A stretch of DNA of 64,000 nt from a virus. The stretch lies in the IMG/VR virus record IMGVR_UViG_3300043579_000184, positions 35,315 through 99,314 of that record. One strand, written 5' to 3'. The translations under genes and the position numbers were made by a program. Below are positions 55,424-64,000 of this stretch, piece after piece (positions within the stretch are counted from its first letter, which is position 1; every line of letters starts with the position of its first letter). The notes below the pieces were generated by a model. It did no database searches. It saw nothing but the letters and a program-made list of their open reading frames with translations, and was not told where the DNA came from.

Positions 55424-55935
55424 GCCGCAGCGAGCCCGGTGTGCAGCGCCGTGGCCAAGTCCGCAGGTGTCGTGCCGGTGCGGATGTGAGAATCCTTCCA
55501 GAGGCTGAAGCCCCAGCCGTGGGTGCCGGTCCCCAGCAGGTAGCCCGTGTCACCGATGGGCATCAGCGCGCTGCTTCGCATCCCGAGCGCGCGAGCACTG
55601 ACTTCGCGCTCGTGGGCGGCCAGCTCGCTGGCGGCGGCATCGAGCACCGGCGCGTAGCGCGCCTTGATGGCCTCCTCGGCCTCGACCGAGTAGCCGACGC
55701 TGACGTAGCGGTTGCAGCCGCTGAGAATCTCGCCGCTCGCGTGGCAGCGGTCGATGCGTTCGTGGGCGCTGGCGATGTCCTTGGCCCAGCCGAAGGGCAC
55801 GTCCGGGTTCTTGAGGCTCACCCGGATGGCTGAGCCCATCGAGAAGGACTCGGAGCGGACCGAGATGTCTCGGCTGGTCCAGCCCTTGGCTTTGTAGGCC
55901 GCGCGAATCGCGGCGGCGCGTGCGGTCGTGGTCAT
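55420..55935 (-). CDS. early protein, possibly LPD29-like
   Basis: ISVRSESFSMGSAIRV...GEILSGCNRYVSV; promoter copy 55951-55981. Confidence 0.45.
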   Translation of the reverse strand: MTTTARAAAIRAAYKAKGWTSRDISVRSESFSMGSAIRVSLKNPDVPFGWAKDIASAHERIDRCHASGEILSGCNRYVSVGYSVEAEEAIKARYAPVLDAAASELAAHEREVSARALGMRSSALMPIGDTGYLLGTGTHGWGFSLWKDSHIRTGTTPADLATALHTGLAAA

Positions 55936-56008
55936 CCTTTCCTCCACCATCATGATGCCACAGGTGGGCCCATGCTGTCAAGCCCGGTGTGTGATTTACC
56001 GGTAGCGC

Positions 56009-58879
56009 ATGGAGTACATGCCGCCCAATCAGCCGCCCAAGGCCCGCCTGACCGGGCAGACCCCCGTGCAGTTCCCCAGCCCCATCCGGGTCGATGGGTC
56101 GAAGTCGCGCGACCCGGGCGACGGGACCATCGCGCGCTGGGAGGTCTACTGGCCCGACGGGCATATCTCCTCGGGGACCGGGCATCCCGGCGTGGTCGAG
56201 CGCCTGACCCCGGCAGGCACCTACGACATCACGCTCGTCGTCTACGACAACCAGCAGCTCACCGGCACCGACACCTGCACCATCGTCGTGCTAGCGGACG
56301 AGACCGCGCCCGAGCCGCCGCAGGACTGCGTGCTCTCGGACTGGCTCCTGACCGCCGTGGGGCCGTGGAGCCCCTGCGTGGACGGCCAGCAGACGCGCGA
56401 CGAGGTCTGGGCCCGCACCATCCTCGTGCCGCCCGCGCACGGGGGCGCGGCCTGTGGCCCCCTGCAGGAGACCCGGACGGTCACTCAGCCCTGCGAGGTG
56501 CCGGTCCCGAGTCCGCCCGGGACATGGCCGTCGTTTGCGGCGACCTACGTGCTGGAGCCCATCAAGAAGGACGGTGCGCCGAACAACGTCGAGAACACCG
56601 ACCCATGGTGGATTCACATGCACCTGCCGGACGACTCGGTCACGCTGCGTCTGCTGGCGTGGTCCGAGCACGTCAACATCCCGAACCGGCTCGATATTCC
56701 GCTGACCTCGCTCCCGCCCGGGTACTCGCTGCGCTACGTGCTGCGCGGGATCCCGGTCACGGACTGGCTGCTGATTCCTAACGCGCTCGACGTGACCCTG
56801 ACCTACGCCCAGATCGCGGCCACCGGGCTGACCACCGGCATTCACGACCTCAGTCTGGAGGTCGAGCCCGCCGACACCCTGTTCCAGCCGAACCCGACCC
56901 TGCTGCACCTGCACGTGCACCACTCGACGCCCAATCCCACGGTGCCGTCGCTGGCCCGCGATGACGACGGCACCGAAGCTGTCGGCGGCCGCAACCGCTC
57001 CAGCGCGGTCAACATGGCGCGGATGGGGCCGGGCGCGATCTACCTCAACGTCAAGGACCGGAAGTTTGTGGGCTACCCGATCAGTCCGGTGAGCGGGGCA
57101 TGGACGCCGAACGTCCCGCCCTACGAGCAGGTCGGGCTCTACAACGACGAGATGGGCCCGCACTCGAACCTGTTCATGCCGCACCCGATGTGGTGGCAGG
57201 AACCGGACGGCTCCCCGTCCGAGAAGATGAAGTTCGTGCGCTGCCTGCCACCCAAATTCGGCGGCGAAGATGCGCGCGGCCTGTATGACAACACGGGCAA
57301 CGGCGGCAGCCCCGGCACCGCCTTCGGCTACGGCGGCCACCGTACGTTCCCCTTCAAGGACGGCCCGCGCGGGGTGGGCTGGTGCAGCGCGTATGTCACC
57401 GGGCAGATCGACAGCCACGGCGGCTTCGCCTTCGTGGAAGCGGGCGGCCCGCTGCGCTACATGGCGGCCGACGGCACGCTGATTACCGTCGCCGGGTGGC
57501 GGGTGCATCCCGACAAGGATCCCGTCTGGATTCTCAAGCCGTGGACCACCATCACGCAGAACATGGTGCTGGAAGGGAAGTGGCTCTCCGGCCAGTACGC
57601 GAACCAGAGCGGCTTCCGCCTGCCGCTCGACGTGGCAATCGACCCCAAGAACGAGAACATCTGGTACGTCGTCGGCTTCCATGACCACTGTGTCTGGAAG
57701 GTGGTCATCACGGACCGGATCCTCTGGGACGCGACCGTCTCGGTCTTCGCCGGAGACCCCGGCCACACGTGGGGCCACGCCGACGGCTTCGGCACCGCCG
57801 CCCGCTTCAAGGGGCCCAGCTCGCTGGTCTTCGACCCGCTGAGTGACGCGCTCTACGTCGCTGATCAGGACAACGACAGCATCCGCAAGATCACCCGCGC
57901 CGGAGAGGTCACCACCCTCCTCGGGGCCCCGGGCATGGCCGCGCGCTTGGAAGCCGCCGGGGCCACCGACATGCGCGCCGAGTACATGTACGACGACCAG
58001 CGCCACTCCTACGACCGGATGCAGAACCGGGCGCTCAGTCAGTTCGTCACCGCGCCCGGCGGCCAGCCCGACCTCTACATGCCTTACGCCCTGCGGGTCG
58101 ATTCCAAGGGGCATCTGATCCTGATGGAGGCGGGGTATGGCGCGATCCGCCGTCTGCACATGCAGGACGGCGTGCCCACGGGGCAGGCGGACCTGCTGAC
58201 CTCGTTTGTCAACTGGGCCGGGGGGCAGGGCATCATCTGCACGAAGTTCGCCCCGAACAACCGCTCGTGGATGTGGATGGACTGCGACCGCTGGGGCAAG
58301 ACCGGGCCGAAGGACGGCATCTTCTGGTGCAATGTCACCGGCTCCTTCGTGGACGGCGAGCTGGGGGAGATTCGCTTCAACGAGCAGATCGCATGGTGTC
58401 CCGGCGAGGGCGGCCCGATGCGCTGGGTGTTCGGGCACGACGACGCCCGGCATCCGGACGGCTGGGGCCCGCGCGAGCACACCGACGGCCCGCACTACCC
58501 GTGGATGGTGACGGTCGATCCCAACGGGGGGCTGTGGACCAGCGGGGCGGGCGAGCACGGGCTCTGCCGTCTGCGGCCCGGGCGGCCGGACGACCCGATT
58601 CCGACCAACGAGGATCTGTACTACTACGGGAAGTATCTGTGGTGGCGGCTGCAGGACTGGGCCACCCTGCAGGACTTCTCGGCGGGCACCCCGGCTCCGG
58701 CGCTCAAGTACGGCTGGGGCGCGCACAACTATCTGGGGATGCCGGATATGTGGGGGTTCCGGGACGCGACCGATCAGGAGATCATCGACCAGTTCATCCC
58801 GGCCTCGGTGCAGGCGTCACCGACGCATCTGGCCTACCTGTTGAATTTCCTGCGCTGGAACGCCGGGGTCGGTCCCTAG
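56009..58879 (+). CDS. 956 aa protein with PKD-like, TSP1/spondin-like and NHL-repeat segments
   Basis: DGSKSRDPGDGTIARWEV...GTYDITLVVYD (PKD); DCVLSDW..WSPC..GQQTR...GGAACGPL (TSP1); HADGFGTAARFKGPSSL..LYVADQDNDSIRKI (NHL). Confidence 0.7.
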   Translation: MEYMPPNQPPKARLTGQTPVQFPSPIRVDGSKSRDPGDGTIARWEVYWPDGHISSGTGHPGVVERLTPAGTYDITLVVYDNQQLTGTDTCTIVVLADETAPEPPQDCVLSDWLLTAVGPWSPCVDGQQTRDEVWARTILVPPAHGGAACGPLQETRTVTQPCEVPVPSPPGTWPSFAATYVLEPIKKDGAPNNVENTDPWWIHMHLPDDSVTLRLLAWSEHVNIPNRLDIPLTSLPPGYSLRYVLRGIPVTDWLLIPNALDVTLTYAQIAATGLTTGIHDLSLEVEPADTLFQPNPTLLHLHVHHSTPNPTVPSLARDDDGTEAVGGRNRSSAVNMARMGPGAIYLNVKDRKFVGYPISPVSGAWTPNVPPYEQVGLYNDEMGPHSNLFMPHPMWWQEPDGSPSEKMKFVRCLPPKFGGEDARGLYDNTGNGGSPGTAFGYGGHRTFPFKDGPRGVGWCSAYVTGQIDSHGGFAFVEAGGPLRYMAADGTLITVAGWRVHPDKDPVWILKPWTTITQNMVLEGKWLSGQYANQSGFRLPLDVAIDPKNENIWYVVGFHDHCVWKVVITDRILWDATVSVFAGDPGHTWGHADGFGTAARFKGPSSLVFDPLSDALYVADQDNDSIRKITRAGEVTTLLGAPGMAARLEAAGATDMRAEYMYDDQRHSYDRMQNRALSQFVTAPGGQPDLYMPYALRVDSKGHLILMEAGYGAIRRLHMQDGVPTGQADLLTSFVNWAGGQGIICTKFAPNNRSWMWMDCDRWGKTGPKDGIFWCNVTGSFVDGELGEIRFNEQIAWCPGEGGPMRWVFGHDDARHPDGWGPREHTDGPHYPWMVTVDPNGGLWTSGAGEHGLCRLRPGRPDDPIPTNEDLYYYGKYLWWRLQDWATLQDFSAGTPAPALKYGWGAHNYLGMPDMWGFRDATDQEIIDQFIPASVQASPTHLAYLLNFLRWNAGVGP

Positions 58880-60934
58880 ACGGTGAAGCCGCCCGCGCGG
58901 GTCCAGACGGTCACGTCCCACGCGCTGACCCATGGCTCGTAGTTGTCGTGCGTGTAGAGGTCATCGAAGGTGTCCGCCCCGTCGAAGCCGCCCGCGACGT
59001 AGATTTTGTCCACCTCGGGGTGCGTGGCCAGCACCGTGGTCACCAGCTCACGAATCTCGGCGACCCGGCCGTTCCAATACAGCGCCTCGGCCTCCGGGCG
59101 GGGCCCGCATTGGCCGGTCGGACCGGCGGTGCAGAGCCACGTGCCGCGCGAGCGGATCCATGGGTTGCTGGCTTTGGCCTCAGTGCGGGCCTCGCCGCGC
59201 GCCTCCTTCACCTTCGCCAATAGGGCTGCTGCGGTCACCATCATGCTGTTCCTTTCAGGACCGCGAGGACCGCTGCGGCCATCGGCGGCTCCAGATTCCG
59301 TAGGTTGATGTCCACCTTGCAGTCGAAGATCCTGACCGACGAGACCCCTATCGGCAGGCGGGTGTCCGGGCCGTCTTCGGGCTCCGGCCCGCCGAGCAGC
59401 TCGTGCTCAATGGTCGAGTCGTAGGCCGCTCGGGCCCGGTCGAGGCGATTGGTCTCCCGCGCCGCGACGACCTTGCCGTACTCGGTCACCAGCCGGGCGC
59501 GCAGGGTGGCGGCGTTGATGTCGCCGTCAGCCGTGACCCGGTAGCGTCCCGCGTGCCGCGACCGGCGGCCGTAGCCTATCGACGGTGAGAACGTCACCGT
59601 GCCGAAGATGTTGGCGGGGTTCGGGGTGACCACGGTGTAGATGCTGGCGAAGTCGAAGCTCCCGACGACCAGCCCGTCCTTGGCGACTTCGAGTGCCCGG
59701 CCGTCCCACTTCTCGCGCGTCAGGAACCCGGCTTTATGGACGGCCGCTATCACCTTCGCCTTGACCGCTGCCATCGCTTCGTTTCGTGTCATCACTTGGC
59801 CTCCAGTGCCGTCTTCGCCGTCTCCGCCGTCCATTCGGTCACGTCCGTCACGACGCCCACCGCCGTGCCGAAGTGCCCGACGCCCCAGTTGCCGCCCGCC
59901 GCCTTGTGGTCGAGCCACAGCTTCCAGCGCTCGGCGTTCAGCCGGTAGAGCAGACCGTAGTCCGTGACGTAGCGCACGCCGCGCTTGGGCTTCACTGCTT
60001 CGCTGGCCGGGACCATCCGCTTCCGTCGAACCGTTGCCATCGCTTCCTCCACCGCTATTGTGCCACAGGTGGGCTTAACTGTCAAGGCTTCGCCCATCCC
60101 CGTGCGACCCAATCGGCGTACATGGCGGCGGCCTCGGCCTCCTTGGCGGTCAGCGGGACCAGCCCGGCCATCTTCAGCAGCCCCCGGACCCCGATGGACC
60201 CGGCGACCCGGTCGCTTGCGACGACCTTCCCGGAGCCGTCCTTGACAAAGCCGTAGTAGGTCCAGCCGTAGTTCGCGCCGCGCGGTTTGTACGGGATGCG
60301 GACCCGCTTGTCTTTCTCGACCCCGACGTGGAACAGGCGGCCGTCGGCCATGACGACGCGGGCGTACTTGTTCCCGAAGGGCGTCACGCGCCACGGCCCG
60401 TCCTTGGTGTCGGGGCCGCTCGGGCGGGGCGGGTCGATGGTGTAGAGCGTCATGCGCTGGCCGCTTCCTCGGCCTCTTCGGCGGCCCGCTCGGCGGCCTC
60501 CTCGGCCTCCTCGCGCCGCAGGTGCTCCTCGTGGCAGTCCTCGCAGCGGAATTTCTCGCCCGGCGCGCTGTCGGCCTCCGCCGTGCAGAGCCACTCCGGC
60601 CAGCCGTCCCGGTTGTCGATGATGGCGGCGCTGCAGGCCATCCGAATCTTGCAGTCCGCGCAGGCGTGAAAGTGTCGGCGGCGTCTCATGCCTTCCTCCC
60701 GGCCCGCAGGGTCACGGCGTGCTCGGTGAAGGTGCCGCTCGCCTTGACCACCCGCTTGTGCCGGACCGTCCAGCGCAGCTCGTGGAACGTGGCCAGCTCG
60801 GTGACCCGGTCGAAGTCCGCGTCGTTGGTGACCCCGAGGTAGACCGGCCGATGGGGCTTCGCGTTGACCCACGCGGGGCTGACCCCGTAGGCGGCCATGT
60901 CGGCGAAGAACCCGGTGAACCCTGTTGCTGCCAT
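58876..60934 (-). CDS. cluster of small early-type genes (58876-59244, 59241-59792, 59792-60040, 60082-60453, 60450-60689, 60686-60934)
   Basis: Coupled ORFs; promoter copies at 60055-60085 and 60951-60980. Confidence 0.55.
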
Positions 60935-61006
60935 CCCATACCTCCACTGCCATAATACCGCAGGTGGGCTTAGGTGTCAAGCCTATTATGTCCACCGGTG
61001 GGCTCA

Positions 61007-61245
61007 AGCAGGGAACAAACCGGGTCCGCTATCCGTCTAACAGATCAGGAGGGGGGAACGGGGAACCGAAGGGGTCGCCCCCCGAGAGGGAAACCGGGCC
61101 GCGTGTGACGGACTGAACGAAACCTCCTGACGCGGGGTGGGAACGGAAGGCGGGTCGCCCCTGCTGACCGGGTCCGAAGTCGCCGGGACGCCGGAGAGAC
61201 CAAAGACCGAAGGAAGCCTCGAAGACCGCGCCGAAAGGCGCGGTC
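61007..61245 (+). ncRNA. candidate structured RNA, purine/GGA-rich
   Basis: Helices 61007-13/61159-65, 61045-52/61123-30, crossing 61032-37/61107-12; GACCGCGCC-GAAA-GGCGCGGTC and CCC-GAGA-GGG GNRA hairpins; no plausible CDS. Confidence 0.45.
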
Positions 61246-61258
61246 GGTGTGTACGGGG

Positions 61259-61937
61259 CTAGTTCTGTTCGGCTTGCCGGATGATCCGGGCCTGCTTGAC
61301 GAACTGCCGGGCCATGGCCAAGACCTCGGTCTGCTCGGGCGACAGCTCCTCCATGTCATCCGGCCGGGCGATCCGCAGGCCGAGCCCGGGGGTGAACACC
61401 AAGATGGTGCCGCAGCCGATGCACAGGGTCACGTCGCCGGGCTTGGGCGTGGCGGGGCCACCGATCAGCGCATCCACCCGGTCCAGCAGCTTCTGGCACC
61501 GGGGACAGGCCGCCGAGGGCGTCTTGGTGCCCTTGAAGGACCGGAACGGCGTCACCGGCGGTCCCCGTGCTTCCCGCTATCGTAGAGGTGTTCCTTCATC
61601 CACGCCTCGGACATCCGATCCGACGGTTCCACCCAGCGTCTCCGGGCCAGTGACTGGCCCCACCACGCGAACACGACTGCCACGAGGAGCCCGGTCAACA
61701 CGACCGCCATGGTTAGCCCTCCCAGTTGACCTCGGCCTCAGCGGCTGCCTCGTAGGCACCCGGCAGGATGGCGATGGGCGCGAGCCCGCGCTTGATGCGT
61801 TCCGGGTTGGCCTTGTCCACGCAGGCTTTGCAGATGGGCTCCCGGCTCCCTCTGACCCGGACCGAGGGTACCAGATTCGGGTGGAAGCTGAACGGCTCCC
61901 TGCACCCGATACACGTTCCTAAGACACTCACAAACAT
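61259..61937 (-). CDS. small Cys-motif genes (61259-61555, 61713-61937)
   Basis: CPRC...CIGC and CIGC...CKAC; promoter-dyad copy 61968-61986. Confidence 0.5.
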
Positions 61938-62044
61938 CGCGTTACCTCACCTTTCTTCCTCCACCTGTATAATACCACAGGTGGGGGCAACTAGCGAGGG
62001 AAACTCACTCTGTTTGTGCCCCGGTCAGGTAGGGGGGCGCTCTC

Positions 62045-62443
62045 ATGGCAGGCACCAGTGTCGTTCGCCTCGTATTGCTGATCTTCGCGCTCGTCTGCTT
62101 CGCGCTCGCGGCGTGGATGCCCACCGCGCCGTACTACGCGCGGCTGGTCGCGGCCGGGCTGGGCTTTCTCTCCGCGTCGATGGTCCCGTGGCCGGTGTAA
62201 TCTCCCCTGCAGGGGAGGTGTCTGATGAAAGTTCCATGCACGTCGTGCGGCCAGCCGTTCGAGGCCAAGGGGCAGGTCACCCTGTCACACCCGCCGCGTT
62301 GCCCGGCGTGTCAGGCGCGGCCGGTCAGTGAGGTGACCGTGCAGGACGCGAAGTCGCTGGACGTGGCGATCCACGAGCAGGTGTCGTTTGATGACCGCGA
62401 GACCGAGGACCAGAAGCTGAAGGAGCGGGAGGTCCGAGGCTGA
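62045..62443 (+). CDS. two-TM small membrane protein (62045-62200) and zinc-ribbon protein (62225-62443)
   Basis: Two hydrophobic segments; CTSC...CPAC. Confidence 0.5.
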
Positions 62444-63129
62444 TGCAGCTCAAACGCCGGGTCATGGACCCTCGCCTGCTGGACGAGATTTCCGAGGCGC
62501 TGGCCTTCAACCTGCCGACCGACACCGTCGATGGGCAGGGCACCACGGTGATGTACCGCTTCGTGCCGCAGTACATCTTCAACTACTACCCGAAGGGGCT
62601 GCGCGAGCGCATCCATGGCCCGCACAGCCGCGCGCTGGTGGGGGTGACCCGGTTCTACCCGCGCTGTCAGCCGCCGGTGGTGGTGGACTTCGAGCCGCCC
62701 TACCCGGACCCATGGTTCCGCGAGCAGAAGCTGCAGTTCTTCCTCGAACAGGGCATCGCCTACGTGCCGATCACCCTGAAGGACGTGCTCTCGACCGAGG
62801 CGTTTGTCGAGCGGGTCGAGGCGGCCCGGCGCATGGCTGCCGCCGGGCGGCAAGAGGCGATGGACCTGCAGCAGATGGCGGCGGTCGGTACCGACGTGGA
62901 AGCGTGGCTGCAGACGCCGGAAGTCGTCGCCTCCATCGACACCGAGACGGTCGAGGTGCTGCGCCGGGAGACCGAAGCGAGTGGCAAGCCGCTGTTCGGG
63001 GTCGCCCGCAGCAATCGCCTCGCCACCATCAAGAGCCGGATCATCAAGAAACTACGAGAGGACATGCGCCGTGGCCGAGTTGTGGACCCCCTCGACCGCC
63101 CTCGTGAGCCTGCGTCGGCGGCTCAGTGA
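62443..63129 (+). CDS. hypothetical protein, possible degenerate PD-(D/E)XK/DUF559-like nuclease fold
   Basis: VVVDF...K..FF..QGIAYV pattern is only weakly suggestive. Confidence 0.4.
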   Translation: MQLKRRVMDPRLLDEISEALAFNLPTDTVDGQGTTVMYRFVPQYIFNYYPKGLRERIHGPHSRALVGVTRFYPRCQPPVVVDFEPPYPDPWFREQKLQFFLEQGIAYVPITLKDVLSTEAFVERVEAARRMAAAGRQEAMDLQQMAAVGTDVEAWLQTPEVVASIDTETVEVLRRETEASGKPLFGVARSNRLATIKSRIIKKLREDMRRGRVVDPLDRPREPASAAQ

Positions 63130-63709
63130 CGCGGCCGACGACAAGTACGTCCACCAGATGGAGGTGGACCCGGAACCCGACGGCATCCAGACGACCTTTG
63201 CGGTCCCGGACAGCCGTCTGGTCCCGGACACGCTGGAGGTGACCCTCGACGGGGTCACCATCGTCCCGGACGACATCGACCTCAACGCGGGGCGCTTTAC
63301 CCTGTCGGCCCCGGACTCCAACCAGAAGCTGCGGGCGAGCTACTACTTCCGGTGGTTCACCGATGACGAGCTGGCCGACTTCCTCGGGCAGTCGTGCCAG
63401 TTGCTCGGTGGCTACGACGGCGTCGAGGACGAGTCGCTCCCGGCCGGGCTACGCCCGGCGGTCTTGGGCTTCGGCTGCTACTACGCCTACATGAAGAAGG
63501 CGGCCGAGTCGGCCGAGAGCGTGTCGGCCAGCGCCGGGGGCTTCTCGACCGACACCAACCGGCAGAACCCGAACTGGCTGGCGATGGCCAACACCGCATG
63601 GGCCAACGCCGAGCGCGAGCGCGGGGCCTTCGCCGAGCCGATTGGCGAGCAGAAGCCCGCCATGGCGTTTGTCGCCTACCGGCTGCACCGTTACGTGCCG
63701 AGGACGTGA
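63071..63709 (+). CDS. head-to-tail adaptor/neck protein
   Basis: LRRRLSD, DG..TTF, YYFRWFTDDELADFL; position after the capsid module. Confidence 0.6.
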   Translation: MAELWTPSTALVSLRRRLSDAADDKYVHQMEVDPEPDGIQTTFAVPDSRLVPDTLEVTLDGVTIVPDDIDLNAGRFTLSAPDSNQKLRASYYFRWFTDDELADFLGQSCQLLGGYDGVEDESLPAGLRPAVLGFGCYYAYMKKAAESAESVSASAGGFSTDTNRQNPNWLAMANTAWANAERERGAFAEPIGEQKPAMAFVAYRLHRYVPRT

Positions 63710-64000
63710 TGTATCGGTTCGGTAGTGTCATCCCGCGCGCCCACGTCAAGCGGGAGATCCGCGCGCTCATCCGCAGCTTCCCCAACAAGGTGGCGATCCT
63801 CGTGCGCCGCCCGCGACAGGTCTTCTCTGACATGGGTGAGCAGCGGGAGACCGAGTACGACGTGGTCTATGAGGGCGAGGCGCTCATCCGGGCAGGGACC
63901 GGGACGGCCGAAGGCTACGGGCTCGGCACCGTCGAGAACCTGTCGCTGGTGGGGCTCATCAACGGCGTGGTGAACATCCGGCAGGCCGACATCGTGAGCG
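63709..64000 (+). CDS. probable head-closure protein (truncated by window end)
   Basis: ATG overlapping TGA of the adaptor; beta-rich composition; positional inference. Confidence 0.4.
   Translation, partial: MYRFGSVIPRAHVKREIRALIRSFPNKVAILVRRPRQVFSDMGEQRETEYDVVYEGEALIRAGTGTAEGYGLGTVENLSLVGLINGVVNIRQADIVS

Noticed and set aside
9985-58726. Long opposite-strand or off-frame ORFs (e.g. 9985-11952, 13828-15357, 26437-28713, 41739-43319, 44409-46415, 56291-58726)
   Set aside because: Shadow ORFs of GC-rich coding DNA: they overlap well-supported genes, are Arg/Gly/Pro-rich and have no motifs.
222-61986. CRISPR array or transposon ends from the repeated GCCCACCTGTGG and leader DNA
   Set aside because: The copies are dispersed, irregularly spaced, on both strands and tied to promoters or start codons; no cas or transposase genes were seen.
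1-64000. tRNA, tmRNA or rRNA genes
   Set aside because: No T-loop GTTCRA cloverleaf or other hallmark was recognised by eye; tRNAscan-SE/ARAGORN would confirm.

Overview
A 64 kb segment of a large, GC-rich tailed dsDNA phage. I found no integrase, tRNA, rRNA or CRISPR array. The host is probably a Gram-negative soil bacterium such as Acidobacteriota; this is inferred only from a PEP-CTERM gene and the GC content. Layout: (i) 1-7.8 kb and scattered islands: small early-type genes behind a conserved sigma70-like promoter (TTGACA-N17-TAnnAT) with a fixed CCAC-NN-GTGG dyad in the spacer, about 21 copies; (ii) 7.9-25 kb: sigma factor, UDG, HU-like, SSB, resolvase, RecA, a Rad50/SbcC split into two genes, Mre11/SbcD, primase core, Csp, DUF932 and an HD (p)ppGpp hydrolase; (iii) 28.9-52.3 kb: NusG-like, sigma-like, a terminase large subunit split into halves about 12.4 kb apart, portal, MuF, prohead protease/scaffold, decoration and major capsid genes; (iv) a ~10 kb accessory island, then head-tail genes. 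Main discovery candidate: ten genes in the packaging/head region share one N-terminal leader (M-P-x-F-L-V-P-L-H-E / x-N-x-C-H-N-P-x-G-x-x-G-G-Q-F-C) fused to unrelated domains. These include RelA/SpoT-like, ParB-like, papain-like, zeta-toxin-like, topoisomerase IB, GNAT and JAB/MPN domains. The leader contains the same L-x-E motif that recurs in the capsid and scaffold propeptides, which suggests a modular system that loads effectors into the capsid, processes them by protease and injects them at infection. Three candidate structured RNAs and a parS-like palindrome are also noted. All family calls come from motifs read by eye, not from database searches.
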